This document shows, one piece after another, positions 8,621-16,184 of a stretch of 24,925 bases of DNA; position 1 is the first letter of the stretch, and each line of letters opens with the position of its first letter. Under the pieces are notes generated by a model that did no database searches, had not been told where the DNA came from, and saw only the letters and a program-made list of their open reading frames with translations. The stretch is taken from contig JBGQMB010000014.1 of NCBI GenBank assembly GCA_041500405.1, positions 1-24,925 of the forward strand. The letters run 5' to 3'. A program made the translations under genes and the position numbers. The DNA comes from Candidatus Micrarchaeia archaeon. Lineage in GTDB: Archaea > Micrarchaeota > Micrarchaeia > Anstonellales > J096.

Positions 8621-9619
8621 ATGCATTTCCGCGAAAGGACCAAGATGTCCCTTCCCAGCGCAAAGGGCAAGAGATTCCATTGGGGAAGGCCGCTTGGCCC
8701 GGCAGCCAGGACATTCGCAGAGCTGAAGCAATTCGAGCCGCTGATGCAATTTGATTTCAACAGGAATGCGGACAGGTATCACAACACGGCAAGGTCCGCC
8801 AGCGTGATGAAGCTTTGGCAGTCCCTGGACGCAAACAAGGCGTACGAGCCGGAGAAGATGCTTCTTGAAAAGGCCCTGAGCAACCTTGCGTCGCGCAGGT
8901 TCTGCAGGGAAAGGGTAGAAGGCATGAATAGGATTGGGGACATCGCGTCCAGCAAGAGCTTCTCATTGTCCATGGTGCCGTTCCTTTACCTGATATCATG
9001 CCAGGACAAACCGGCATTGGAAAGCCTGGAGATGTTCAATTCGCTCATATCGAACGGCGCATTCTACACAAGGATGTTCTATTTCGGCCTTGATATCATA
9101 CTGAACAACGAAACCATTTTCAACAGGAAAAAGGCGCTTGAATGCATGGAACTGGCGTCCTGCAGCGCCAAATTCTGCCCGGAGACTGTAAGCCTGATAT
9201 CAAAGATGGTGAAAAAGTCCGGCAAGGACGACCTTTACTGGGACCTGTACTATGTCAACATGCTGCTCAACAACAAAAACTTCAGCCCGGACGTCTTTGC
9301 CTCCATCGAGCATGTCCCCGAAGGGGGAATGCCCCTGCACTGGACGCTTGAGCTTGCGAACGCGCTGCTCAAAAACAGGGATTTCAGCAAGCTCTGGCTT
9401 TCGCAGTATCTTTTCAACGACCTTCATTTCATTTCAAACAGGACGGCCAACAGCTTCCTGAACAGCACGTCCGAGACCTTCCTTGTGCTCAAAAGGTTCC
9501 TTTCGTTCTCGCGCAACGCGAATCCGGAAAGGATAGGCCAGCTCAGGAAGGAGATATACAAGACCGAGGCCGAAATAGAGGACGCCCTTTTCGGCGAGCT
9601 TCATGACTTCAAGGCTTAA
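8621..9619 (+). CDS. Hypothetical protein with degenerate ~35-aa helical repeats
   Basis: 332-aa ORF; ATG 31 nt after TATA TTTATAAA (8590-8597); recurring L..LL.N..F motif. Confidence 0.75.
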   Translation: MHFRERTKMSLPSAKGKRFHWGRPLGPAARTFAELKQFEPLMQFDFNRNADRYHNTARSASVMKLWQSLDANKAYEPEKMLLEKALSNLASRRFCRERVEGMNRIGDIASSKSFSLSMVPFLYLISCQDKPALESLEMFNSLISNGAFYTRMFYFGLDIILNNETIFNRKKALECMELASCSAKFCPETVSLISKMVKKSGKDDLYWDLYYVNMLLNNKNFSPDVFASIEHVPEGGMPLHWTLELANALLKNRDFSKLWLSQYLFNDLHFISNRTANSFLNSTSETFLVLKRFLSFSRNANPERIGQLRKEIYKTEAEIEDALFGELHDFKA

Positions 9620-10892
9620 GCCTGTTTATCGTCCTTGGGAAGGGTATCGCGTCCCTGATGTGGTCAAGGTTCAGTATGTATTTCACGAACCTCTCTATGC
9701 CCAAACCAAATCCGGAGTGCGGCACGCTTCCGTATCTCCTAAGGTCAAGGTACCACGAGAAAGCGTCAAGCGGCATCTTCTGGGCCTTCATCCTTTTTTC
9801 AAGCGTCTTGAAGTCCCATTCCCTCTCGCTTCCGCCTATGATTTCTCCTACGCCCGGCGCAAGCAGGTCCGCGTTGAGCGCGGTTCCGGGCCTCTTCGGG
9901 TCCTCTTTCATGTAGAATGCCTTTATCTTCAACGGGTAGTTTTTCACGAAAACCGGCTTGTCGTAAATGGTCAGCAAAAGCGCTTCCTCGTCTGCGCCCG
10001 GGTCCTGGTCATGCCCCATCTTTCCGCCAAGCTCGTTTATCTTGTCGACCGCGTCGTCGTAGAATATCCTGTTGAACGGGGGCTTGACCTTTTTCAGGGT
10101 TTCAATGTTTTGCCCGGCAGCCTCCAGAAGCGGCTTATGGCTCTCCACCATCTTCTGCACAACATAGGATATCATTTTTTCCTGGATTTCCTCGTTCTGC
10201 TTCTGGTCCATCCACGCCATCTCAGGCTCAAGGTGCCAGAACTCCGTCAGGTGCCTCTTTGTCCTGCTCTTTTCAGCCCTGAAGCTTGGCGCGAACGTAT
10301 AAACCTTCTCAAGCCCGAATATCATGGCCTCGCCGTAAAGCTGGCTTGACTGCGTGAGGCTTGCGGTGTCCCCAAAATAATCAAGCTCGAACATCTCGGC
10401 GCCGCCCTCTGCGCCGGCCTTTGTCAATATTGGAGGCGTTATCTCGAAAAACCCGTCAGAGTTCAGCCATTCCCTGAGGTAGTTCATTATATAGTGCCTT
10501 GCCTGCATTATCGCAACCATCTTCCTGCTCCTGAGCCAGAGGTGCCTAACGTCAAGCAGATACTCCTCGCTAAGGTCCTTCTGTATCGGGTAGAACTCGC
10601 CCCTGCTGACCACTTCCAGCTTTGACGCCTTGATTTCAGCGCCTCCGGGCGCCCTTTCATCCTTTTTCACTGTTCCCGTTATGATTATCGAGCTTTCTAT
10701 GTAGAGGTTCGCGGCTTCCTTGTAGGTCTTTTCGTCAACAGCGCCCTTCTTGACAACGCATTGGGCAACGCCGGACGAGTCTCTCAAAACTATGAAAACG
10801 TTGTCGCCCATCGACCTTTGCCTGTAGACCCATCCCCTGACAGTGACCTCCTTGCCGTCCATCTTGGATATTTCGCTGGTTTTGAGCATCAT
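9609..10892 (-). CDS. asnS: Asparagine--tRNA ligase
   Basis: OB-fold VRGWVYR...LRDSSG..Q, LDVRHLWLRS, LTQSSQLY, FRAEKSRTKRHLTEFWHLEPE, GEIIGGSERE, WYLDLRRYGSVPHSGFGLGIER. Confidence 0.95.
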   Translation of the reverse strand: MMLKTSEISKMDGKEVTVRGWVYRQRSMGDNVFIVLRDSSGVAQCVVKKGAVDEKTYKEAANLYIESSIIITGTVKKDERAPGGAEIKASKLEVVSRGEFYPIQKDLSEEYLLDVRHLWLRSRKMVAIMQARHYIMNYLREWLNSDGFFEITPPILTKAGAEGGAEMFELDYFGDTASLTQSSQLYGEAMIFGLEKVYTFAPSFRAEKSRTKRHLTEFWHLEPEMAWMDQKQNEEIQEKMISYVVQKMVESHKPLLEAAGQNIETLKKVKPPFNRIFYDDAVDKINELGGKMGHDQDPGADEEALLLTIYDKPVFVKNYPLKIKAFYMKEDPKRPGTALNADLLAPGVGEIIGGSEREWDFKTLEKRMKAQKMPLDAFSWYLDLRRYGSVPHSGFGLGIERFVKYILNLDHIRDAIPFPRTINRLKP

Positions 10893-10979
10893 AAGGGGAA
10901 TTGGCTTCAATACCAATAAAAAGATTCCGTTGGAGGGCAGGCGCGTATTTTTAAAACGTTCTTGGGACAATTACAAAGT

Positions 10980-11063
10980 GCCAGGGTGGCAGAATCCGGT
11001 AATGCGCCAGATTTGAGATCTGGTGCCCGCAAGGGCTCAGGGGTTCAAATCCCCTCCCTGGCG
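10980..11063 (+). tRNA. tRNA-Ser(TGA)
   Basis: GCCAGGG/CCCTGGC acceptor, anticodon arm CCAGA-TT-TGA-GA-TCTGG, long variable arm GCCC-GCAA-GGGC, discriminator G; TATA TTTTTAAAA at 10948-10956. Confidence 0.97.
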
Positions 11064-11129
11064 TGGGCTTTTTCTAAAAAAGCCCAGGGAAAAACCGACG
11101 TTTTTGCTGAAGCTTTTTTTAAAAGCTTC
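11064..11129 (+). repeat. Symmetric double-palindrome element 3' of tRNA-Ser (copy 2, complete)
   Basis: GCTTTTTCTAAAAAAGC-N6-AAAAAC-CGAC-GTTTTT-N6-GCTTTTTTTAAAAGC; hairpins TGGGCTTTTT/AAAAAGCCCA and GAAGCTTTT/AAAAGCTTC. Confidence 0.85.
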
Positions 11130-11224
11130 TTGGGGAAAAAGAAACTATGGGAGGCTCTGCGGCACGCTCTGGGATAGTTTTTTAAACAATACCGCTGACA
11201 AAGACCTTGCTTTTAGGGGATTGA

Positions 11225-11620
11225 ATGATACTAAACATAGGAACGAAATCCGGAAAGACGTACCAGGTCGATGTGCCGGCGGAGAAGGAGCATTTCCTTG
11301 TCGGCAAAAAAATCGGCGAGGAGATGGACGCAGGCTTCATAGGCCTCGCAGGCTGGACAATCAAGCTCAGCGGCGGAAGCGACAAGAGCGGGATACCGAT
11401 GAGGCACGATGTCCACGGCCAAAGGAGGGAGAAGGTCTTGCTTTCTTCCGGCCCAGGCTACAAGCCCAAGTCCAAGGGAGCCAGGCTCAAAAAGAACGTC
11501 AGGGGAGACACCTACGGCCAGGAGGTCGTCCAGGTGAACGCAACCGCAACAACTGAAGGGAGCGTCGCCATAGACACGGTGGCAAAGCCGCCGAAGCCCA
11601 AGGAAGCAAAGAAGGAGTGA
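11225..11620 (+). CDS. rps6e: 30S ribosomal protein S6e
   Basis: LVGKKIGEE.D..FIGL.G..IKLSGGSDKSGIPMR.DV.G...G.R.KK.VRG; adjacent to aIF2-gamma as is usual in archaea. Confidence 0.95.
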   Translation: MILNIGTKSGKTYQVDVPAEKEHFLVGKKIGEEMDAGFIGLAGWTIKLSGGSDKSGIPMRHDVHGQRREKVLLSSGPGYKPKSKGARLKKNVRGDTYGQEVVQVNATATTEGSVAIDTVAKPPKPKEAKKE

Positions 11621-11626
11621 CCTTGT

Positions 11627-12817
11627 TTGCAGCCTGAACTCAATATAGGACTTTTTGGCCATGTCGACCACGGAAAGACAACCCTTGTCAAGGCACTTAC
11701 CGGAAAATGGACAGACACCCACAGCGAGGAGCTGAAAAGGGGAATCACGATAAAGCTCGGCTACGCGGATTTGAACATCTACAAGTGCGAATCATGCGGA
11801 AAATACTGGACGGCGGAAAAGCACCCTGCGTGCGGGGGCAAATGCACTTTCATAAGAAAGCTTTCCTTTGTTGACGCGCCGGGCCACGAATCGCTCATGG
11901 CCACCGCGATATCGGCATCAAGCGTGATAGACGGCGCGCTGTTCCTTGTTTCCGCGAACGAGAAATGCCCGCAGGAGCAGACAAAGGAACATTTCATGAT
12001 TTTGGAGAAGATGGGCGTAACGAAGATAATAATAGTCCAGACAAAGACCGACCTTGTCACAAGGGAAAAGGCCATTGAGAATTACAACGAAATAAAGGCG
12101 TTCGTGAAAGGGACGTTCGCGGAAAACGCGCCAATCATCCCGATATCGGCGCCGCATGCGCTCAACCTGGAGCAGCTGGTCGAGCAGATAGACGCCATAA
12201 TGAAGCCCTTGGAAAGGGAGGAATCCGATGTTCCGCTTGCTTACGTCGTAAGGAGCTTTGACGTCAACAGGCCCGGCGAGGAGATAAAGAATTTGAAGGG
12301 CGGCGTGCTCGGATGCGCCGTAGTAAAGGGAACGTTCAAAATTGGCGACGAGATCGAGATAAAGCCCGGCTACGGCTCGGAGCAAAGCTTCACTTCATTG
12401 AAAACATCCATCTCCGGCCTCAGGGCTGGCGACGAGGACATCTCTGAAGCAAAGCCCGGCGGCCTTGTCGGAATAGGGACTTTCCTGGACCCGTCATTGA
12501 CAAAATCAGACACGCTCATAGGAAACACAATAAGCATAAAGGGCGCGATACCGGACCCTGTTTCCGCCATAAGCATGAAGTACGAATTGATTGACAGGAA
12601 GGACATAGACAACGCGCCGCTCAGGGTCGGGGAGCCATTGCTGATAAACGCGCATTCCGCGACTTCAGTTGGCGTGATAGCGAAGCTCAACAAGGGCATA
12701 GCGTCCGTTTCCCTGAAAAGGCCCATCATCGTGTTCGGGAGCGACAAAATCGCCATAAGCAGGAGAATAGGCCAGCGCTGGCGCTTCTGCGGCATAGGCT
12801 CTGCAGTGGCAAAATGA
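11627..12817 (+). CDS. eif2g: Translation initiation factor 2 subunit gamma
   Basis: QPELNIGLFGHVDHGKTT, HSEELKRGITIKLGY, Zn knuckle, DAPGHESLMA, RSFDVNRPG, SRRIGQRWR; TTG start with GGAGTGA SD. Confidence 0.97.
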   Translation: MQPELNIGLFGHVDHGKTTLVKALTGKWTDTHSEELKRGITIKLGYADLNIYKCESCGKYWTAEKHPACGGKCTFIRKLSFVDAPGHESLMATAISASSVIDGALFLVSANEKCPQEQTKEHFMILEKMGVTKIIIVQTKTDLVTREKAIENYNEIKAFVKGTFAENAPIIPISAPHALNLEQLVEQIDAIMKPLEREESDVPLAYVVRSFDVNRPGEEIKNLKGGVLGCAVVKGTFKIGDEIEIKPGYGSEQSFTSLKTSISGLRAGDEDISEAKPGGLVGIGTFLDPSLTKSDTLIGNTISIKGAIPDPVSAISMKYELIDRKDIDNAPLRVGEPLLINAHSATSVGVIAKLNKGIASVSLKRPIIVFGSDKIAISRRIGQRWRFCGIGSAVAK

Positions 12818-13245
12818 GCGCCGTAATTGCCTATCTTTTCAGCCGTTTCGGGATAACCCTTTGGCCAGGCCTTTCCATGAAGGAGGCGGGGGCCGGCAAG
12901 CACCTTGTTTATACCTCATCGCTTGATTTGTTCAACGCGAAAAACGAGGAGACGCGCGGCATGATTGCAGGCAAAACCAACGGCGCCTTCAAGCCGTCCT
13001 CCGACTTTCTCCAGGCCTTTGGCTGGATGTGCACGCGCAACGTCCTGTTCCTGGACAAGGAGGGCGCAAGGGCGTTCTGCCATGGCAAGGAAATTCCAGT
13101 TAAAAACGGATGGTGCTCCCGCGGATACGTTGCGGTCTCGCACAACGGCGTTGTTCTAGGATGCGCCTTCTTTGACGGCGAAAAGGCGCTCAACATGGTG
13201 CCGAACCACAAGCGCATCGCCAACAGCGGCAACGAACCTTTATAA
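12814..13245 (+). CDS. Stand-alone PUA-like protein resembling the RsmF/NOL1-NOP2-Fmu C-terminal (NIP7-like) domain
   Basis: YL..RFGI, KPSSDFLQ.FG...TRN...LD...A..F..G..I...GYV.V.....LG pattern; ATGA overlap with eif2g. Confidence 0.7.
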   Translation: MSAVIAYLFSRFGITLWPGLSMKEAGAGKHLVYTSSLDLFNAKNEETRGMIAGKTNGAFKPSSDFLQAFGWMCTRNVLFLDKEGARAFCHGKEIPVKNGWCSRGYVAVSHNGVVLGCAFFDGEKALNMVPNHKRIANSGNEPL

Positions 13246-13246
13246 A
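13239..13246 (+). promoter_or_regulatory. TATA box of the C/D sRNA
   Basis: TTTATAAA about 25 nt upstream of box C, overlapping the upstream stop codon. Confidence 0.6.
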
Positions 13247-13268
13247 TTCTTCCAACCCCATCATATAC

Positions 13269-13322
13269 AGGATGATGAGACCGTTCCAGTCTGATTAATG
13301 ATGAACGGAGTAGCTTCTGACT
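13269..13322 (+). ncRNA. Box C/D methylation-guide sRNA (dual guide)
   Basis: Box C ATGATGA 13272-13278, 12-nt guide, D' CTGA 13291-13294, C' ATGATGA 13298-13304, 12-nt guide, D CTGA 13317-13320. All four boxes are consensus with canonical archaeal spacing. Confidence 0.93.
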
Positions 13323-13337
13323 AAAAAAGTGATTAAT

Positions 13338-13604
13338 ATGGCAGGACAGATGGATGCAAGGCAGTTCTTCCTTGTGATAAGCGCGCTGTGCCTCTTCGGG
13401 GCGATAGTGTCAGCGTTTTTTGCGATAGCGTCCGGCATAATGTTCGCGCAGGGCCCGACGTTCCTCGGGCTCAACGTGCACGTGCTTTACCTTTTCACAT
13501 TCGGCGCGATACTGTGGTCAATCCAGCACCTTAGGAATATGGTTGACAAGGCAGCGACAGAAAGCGCCATAGTGCCGAAGAAAAGCACAGCTAAAAGAGC
13601 CTGA
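13338..13604 (+). CDS. Small two-helix membrane protein
   Basis: Two long hydrophobic segments and a basic C-tail. Confidence 0.7.
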   Translation: MAGQMDARQFFLVISALCLFGAIVSAFFAIASGIMFAQGPTFLGLNVHVLYLFTFGAILWSIQHLRNMVDKAATESAIVPKKSTAKRA

Positions 13605-14079
13605 ACTCATTCCTTTTTGAGGCTTCTTCGCATGCTATAAGGAAGATATAATCAGACAGCCTGTTCAGGTAAATTGTTATATTTGCCATTCCCTTTTTGC
13701 CGTAGGCGCAAACCGCCTTCCTTTCCGTGTTCCTTGCGCATTCCCTGCAGATATGGACAAGCGCGCTTTTTCCCGTCGGCCTCACGAACCCCTTTATCTG
13801 CGGCAAGGATCTTTCCTTTACGGCAATCTTTTGCTCAATCTTTTTTATGAACGAGCGGCTTATGTCGTCAAGCTTCGCAACTTTCCTGAAAATCAGCTCT
13901 ATTTCCGTTTGGATATCAATAAGCTCTTTGTTCCCAAGCTCATGGGCCGCATATCCCAACATCGCGACAAGGCCGTCCATTGCCCCGAAAAGCTCTATCT
14001 CTGGGCTGCACTTGCTCAGCCTTTTTCCGGCAAGCGTTCCGGTCCTGCCACTATCCCCGGTTTTCGTGGTTATTGGCAT
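13591..14079 (-). CDS. ATP:cob(I)alamin adenosyltransferase, PduO/MMAB type
   Basis: ITTKTGDSGRT, R.SK....IE..G..D.L, FVRP, CRECARNTER, YLNRLSDYIF. Confidence 0.9.
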   Translation of the reverse strand: MPITTKTGDSGRTGTLAGKRLSKCSPEIELFGAMDGLVAMLGYAAHELGNKELIDIQTEIELIFRKVAKLDDISRSFIKKIEQKIAVKERSLPQIKGFVRPTGKSALVHICRECARNTERKAVCAYGKKGMANITIYLNRLSDYIFLIACEEASKRNEFRLF

Positions 14080-14141
14080 GATTGGCTGTTTTGTGCAACC
14101 CTTTTAAACTTTAATTGCGGCTAATACTAAATAGACAAAAA

Positions 14142-14222
14142 ACAGGAGCCCGTAGTCCGCTTTGGCGTTTGCGCCAAAGGCCCTACAGGCTCAAGTACCG
14201 AATAATACAGGAGCCCGTAGTC
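14142..14222 (+). repeat. 16-bp direct repeat (14142-14157, 14207-14222) of the tRNA-Val 5' end enclosing a hairpin
   Basis: ACAGGAGCCCGTAGTC occurs twice, 65 bp apart. Confidence 0.9.
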
Positions 14223-14283
14223 GAGCGGTCAAGACGTCTGCCTTACACGCAGAAAATCCCCGGTTCGATCCCGGGCGGGCTCA
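14211..14283 (+). tRNA. tRNA-Val(TAC)
   Basis: GAGCCCG/CGGGCTC acceptor, anticodon arm TCTGC-CT-TAC-AC-GCAGA, GGTTCGATCCC T-arm, discriminator A, no CCA. Confidence 0.96.
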
Positions 14284-14357
14284 TAATTACCCATCATTCC
14301 GCCGGCTCACACCCATTTTAAAATTCTTTCATGCACAAGCGCATATAGGTGAAAAAC

Positions 14358-14801
14358 ATGCCTGGAACAAAAGAGAAGCCTGTTGAAAATGTTTATGACA
14401 AGGTTGCGACGGCCCTGCATAAGGAATATGACACGAAAGGGTTCCACTCCATAGAAAAGGGGGACTTCAAGGACTATGTTTCTTATTTCAACATAAGGTC
14501 AGTTTATAATTTCAAGAAAAGCCTTGGCATTGAAAAGAGCGACAGGGGATTCAGCAAGATGAAGATGATGGAAAGGCTGAGAGAAGAGAGGCTGAGGGGA
14601 AAGTCCAGGGAGGTGGCAAGGGAAGTGCGCAACAAGGGCATCCTGCCCTACGCAAGGGAAGGCGGCAATATCGACCTCCTAAAGCCGATGCCGGTAAAAA
14701 ACGTTGATATCGGCACAGCGCAGAAAAAAGCAAAAAAGATGGAGGCGAAGGAGCGCGCCGGCAAGCTTGCCGCTGTGCAGAACAGGACAAAGTCCGAATG
14801 A
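14358..14801 (+). CDS. Hypothetical basic protein
   Basis: ATG with AGGTGA SD and upstream TTTTAAAA; Lys/Arg-rich. Confidence 0.7.
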   Translation: MPGTKEKPVENVYDKVATALHKEYDTKGFHSIEKGDFKDYVSYFNIRSVYNFKKSLGIEKSDRGFSKMKMMERLREERLRGKSREVAREVRNKGILPYAREGGNIDLLKPMPVKNVDIGTAQKKAKKMEAKERAGKLAAVQNRTKSE

Positions 14802-14825
14802 CGGAGACTGCGAGGAAGCGATAAC

Positions 14826-15506
14826 ATGGCAAGGCTGGAGAAAACCGCACCCGCGGCAGAAGCGCGGAAAAAGGACGAGTTATCCAGCTTCAAGAATGAA
14901 AAAAAGGCCGGGCACGGCAGGCTCGCAAGGCTGGCAGGCGGTTTCATGCTCACTTCCCTGCTTGCGTTTTTGCCAACATTCGGCGGGCAGCACAGCGGCG
15001 TTGATGCCAACAACGGGAAGGTGGCGGCCAAAAGCGCCAAATCCATGTTTCCCACGCTTGAGCGCATCTCATCCTTCAAAGAGCCCGGAAAGGACACAAT
15101 ATACCCGAAAAAAGTAGTGAAGCTAATGAAGGACGTGGATTCCTTCGTCCAGGAAAACAGCGACAACAGGGCGTTCATGCTCGTGATGGAGGCAATAATG
15201 CACGAGGCGCTCGGCGTTCAGGCGGAGAAGAACGTGGACTATTACATCGACTATTCCAGCGCCGAGGACAAGGTTACGCTGACCGACAGCCTAAAGAACT
15301 GGAAAAAGCTGATAACAATCAGGAAGGGCTGGGACGGCGTGGAAATCTCCGTGGAGACGGAAGGCGAGCCCAAGCTTTCGATAATGCTGAAAAAAGGCGA
15401 AAACCCAAAAACGGAAGACATAGACGAGCTCAGGCTGAGGCTTTACAACCTTTTTGACGACCTTTTTTGCACAGACCTTTTCCTGAGGGCTGCGGCAGGC
15501 GACTGA
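14826..15506 (+). CDS. Hypothetical protein with an N-proximal membrane anchor or signal segment
   Basis: Charged N-terminus followed by LARLAGGFMLTSLLAFLPTFGG; typical codon usage. Confidence 0.7.
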   Translation: MARLEKTAPAAEARKKDELSSFKNEKKAGHGRLARLAGGFMLTSLLAFLPTFGGQHSGVDANNGKVAAKSAKSMFPTLERISSFKEPGKDTIYPKKVVKLMKDVDSFVQENSDNRAFMLVMEAIMHEALGVQAEKNVDYYIDYSSAEDKVTLTDSLKNWKKLITIRKGWDGVEISVETEGEPKLSIMLKKGENPKTEDIDELRLRLYNLFDDLFCTDLFLRAAAGD

Positions 15507-15509
15507 GCA

Positions 15510-16184
15510 TCAGGCCTTTCCGTAAAGAATTTTCCTGCCTTTGCGTATCTCCATTCCCCTGCCGATTTTCACAGTGTGCTGGCCGTCTATCACGCAGCAT
15601 GCGCTTTCTAGGCAGTTCACGCTTATTTTGCAGAACGGCATGACAATCGCATTGGGCTGCTGGAGTATCGGAGCGATGGGCGCTATCGCGACAATGTCGT
15701 TTTTGAGCAGCATCGGCCCGAAAAGGGACTTGTTATAGCCTGTTGAGCCAAGCCTTGCGCACACGTTTATTCCATCCCCGAAAAATCCCCATTCGCCGCA
15801 TTCGCATGATATCCTCGTATGGATGGCGCGGAAATCCGGGCCCCTTATGGCGATGTCGTTTATTGCCTCATATTTCCTTCCGCTTATCCTGGCCTCAAGC
15901 ATGGACAGCTCTTCCGGCTTTGCATGCAATACCCTTTCGATATTCTCTTTCCATCCGTCCTTGTTGAGCTGGCATATGCCGGAGCGCTTGGAGCCTATGC
16001 CCACCAATATGCCCTCTATTTCGTTCTTGTGGTGTATGACAGTTCCGTCCCCGCCTATTATCACGGTCGCGTCTGCCCCTGTTTTGCATATCCTGTTCCT
16101 TTTGCCTATTAGATATGATGCGGCTTCCTTTGCCGCCTTTATCGCCCACGCCTTTTTTGGATTGTGCAGTATCCTGATTTTCAT
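15510..16184 (-). CDS. nadK: NAD(+) kinase family protein (short)
   Basis: IIGGDGT, AINDIAI, GDG.....LGSTGYNKSLFGP, VIDG. Confidence 0.85.
   Translation of the reverse strand: MKIRILHNPKKAWAIKAAKEAASYLIGKRNRICKTGADATVIIGGDGTVIHHKNEIEGILVGIGSKRSGICQLNKDGWKENIERVLHAKPEELSMLEARISGRKYEAINDIAIRGPDFRAIHTRISCECGEWGFFGDGINVCARLGSTGYNKSLFGPMLLKNDIVAIAPIAPILQQPNAIVMPFCKISVNCLESACCVIDGQHTVKIGRGMEIRKGRKILYGKA

Noticed and set aside
9603..10349. 248-aa plus-strand ORF opposite asnS
   Set aside because: Antisense shadow of a conserved essential gene.
10962..11556. ORFs spanning tRNA-Ser and rps6e
   Set aside because: They overlap a clear tRNA, the palindromic element and a ribosomal protein gene in another frame.
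14146..14193. Split-tRNA half or BHB intron interpretation of the tRNA-Val leader hairpin
   Set aside because: There is no bulge-helix-bulge geometry, and the downstream tRNA is already complete.
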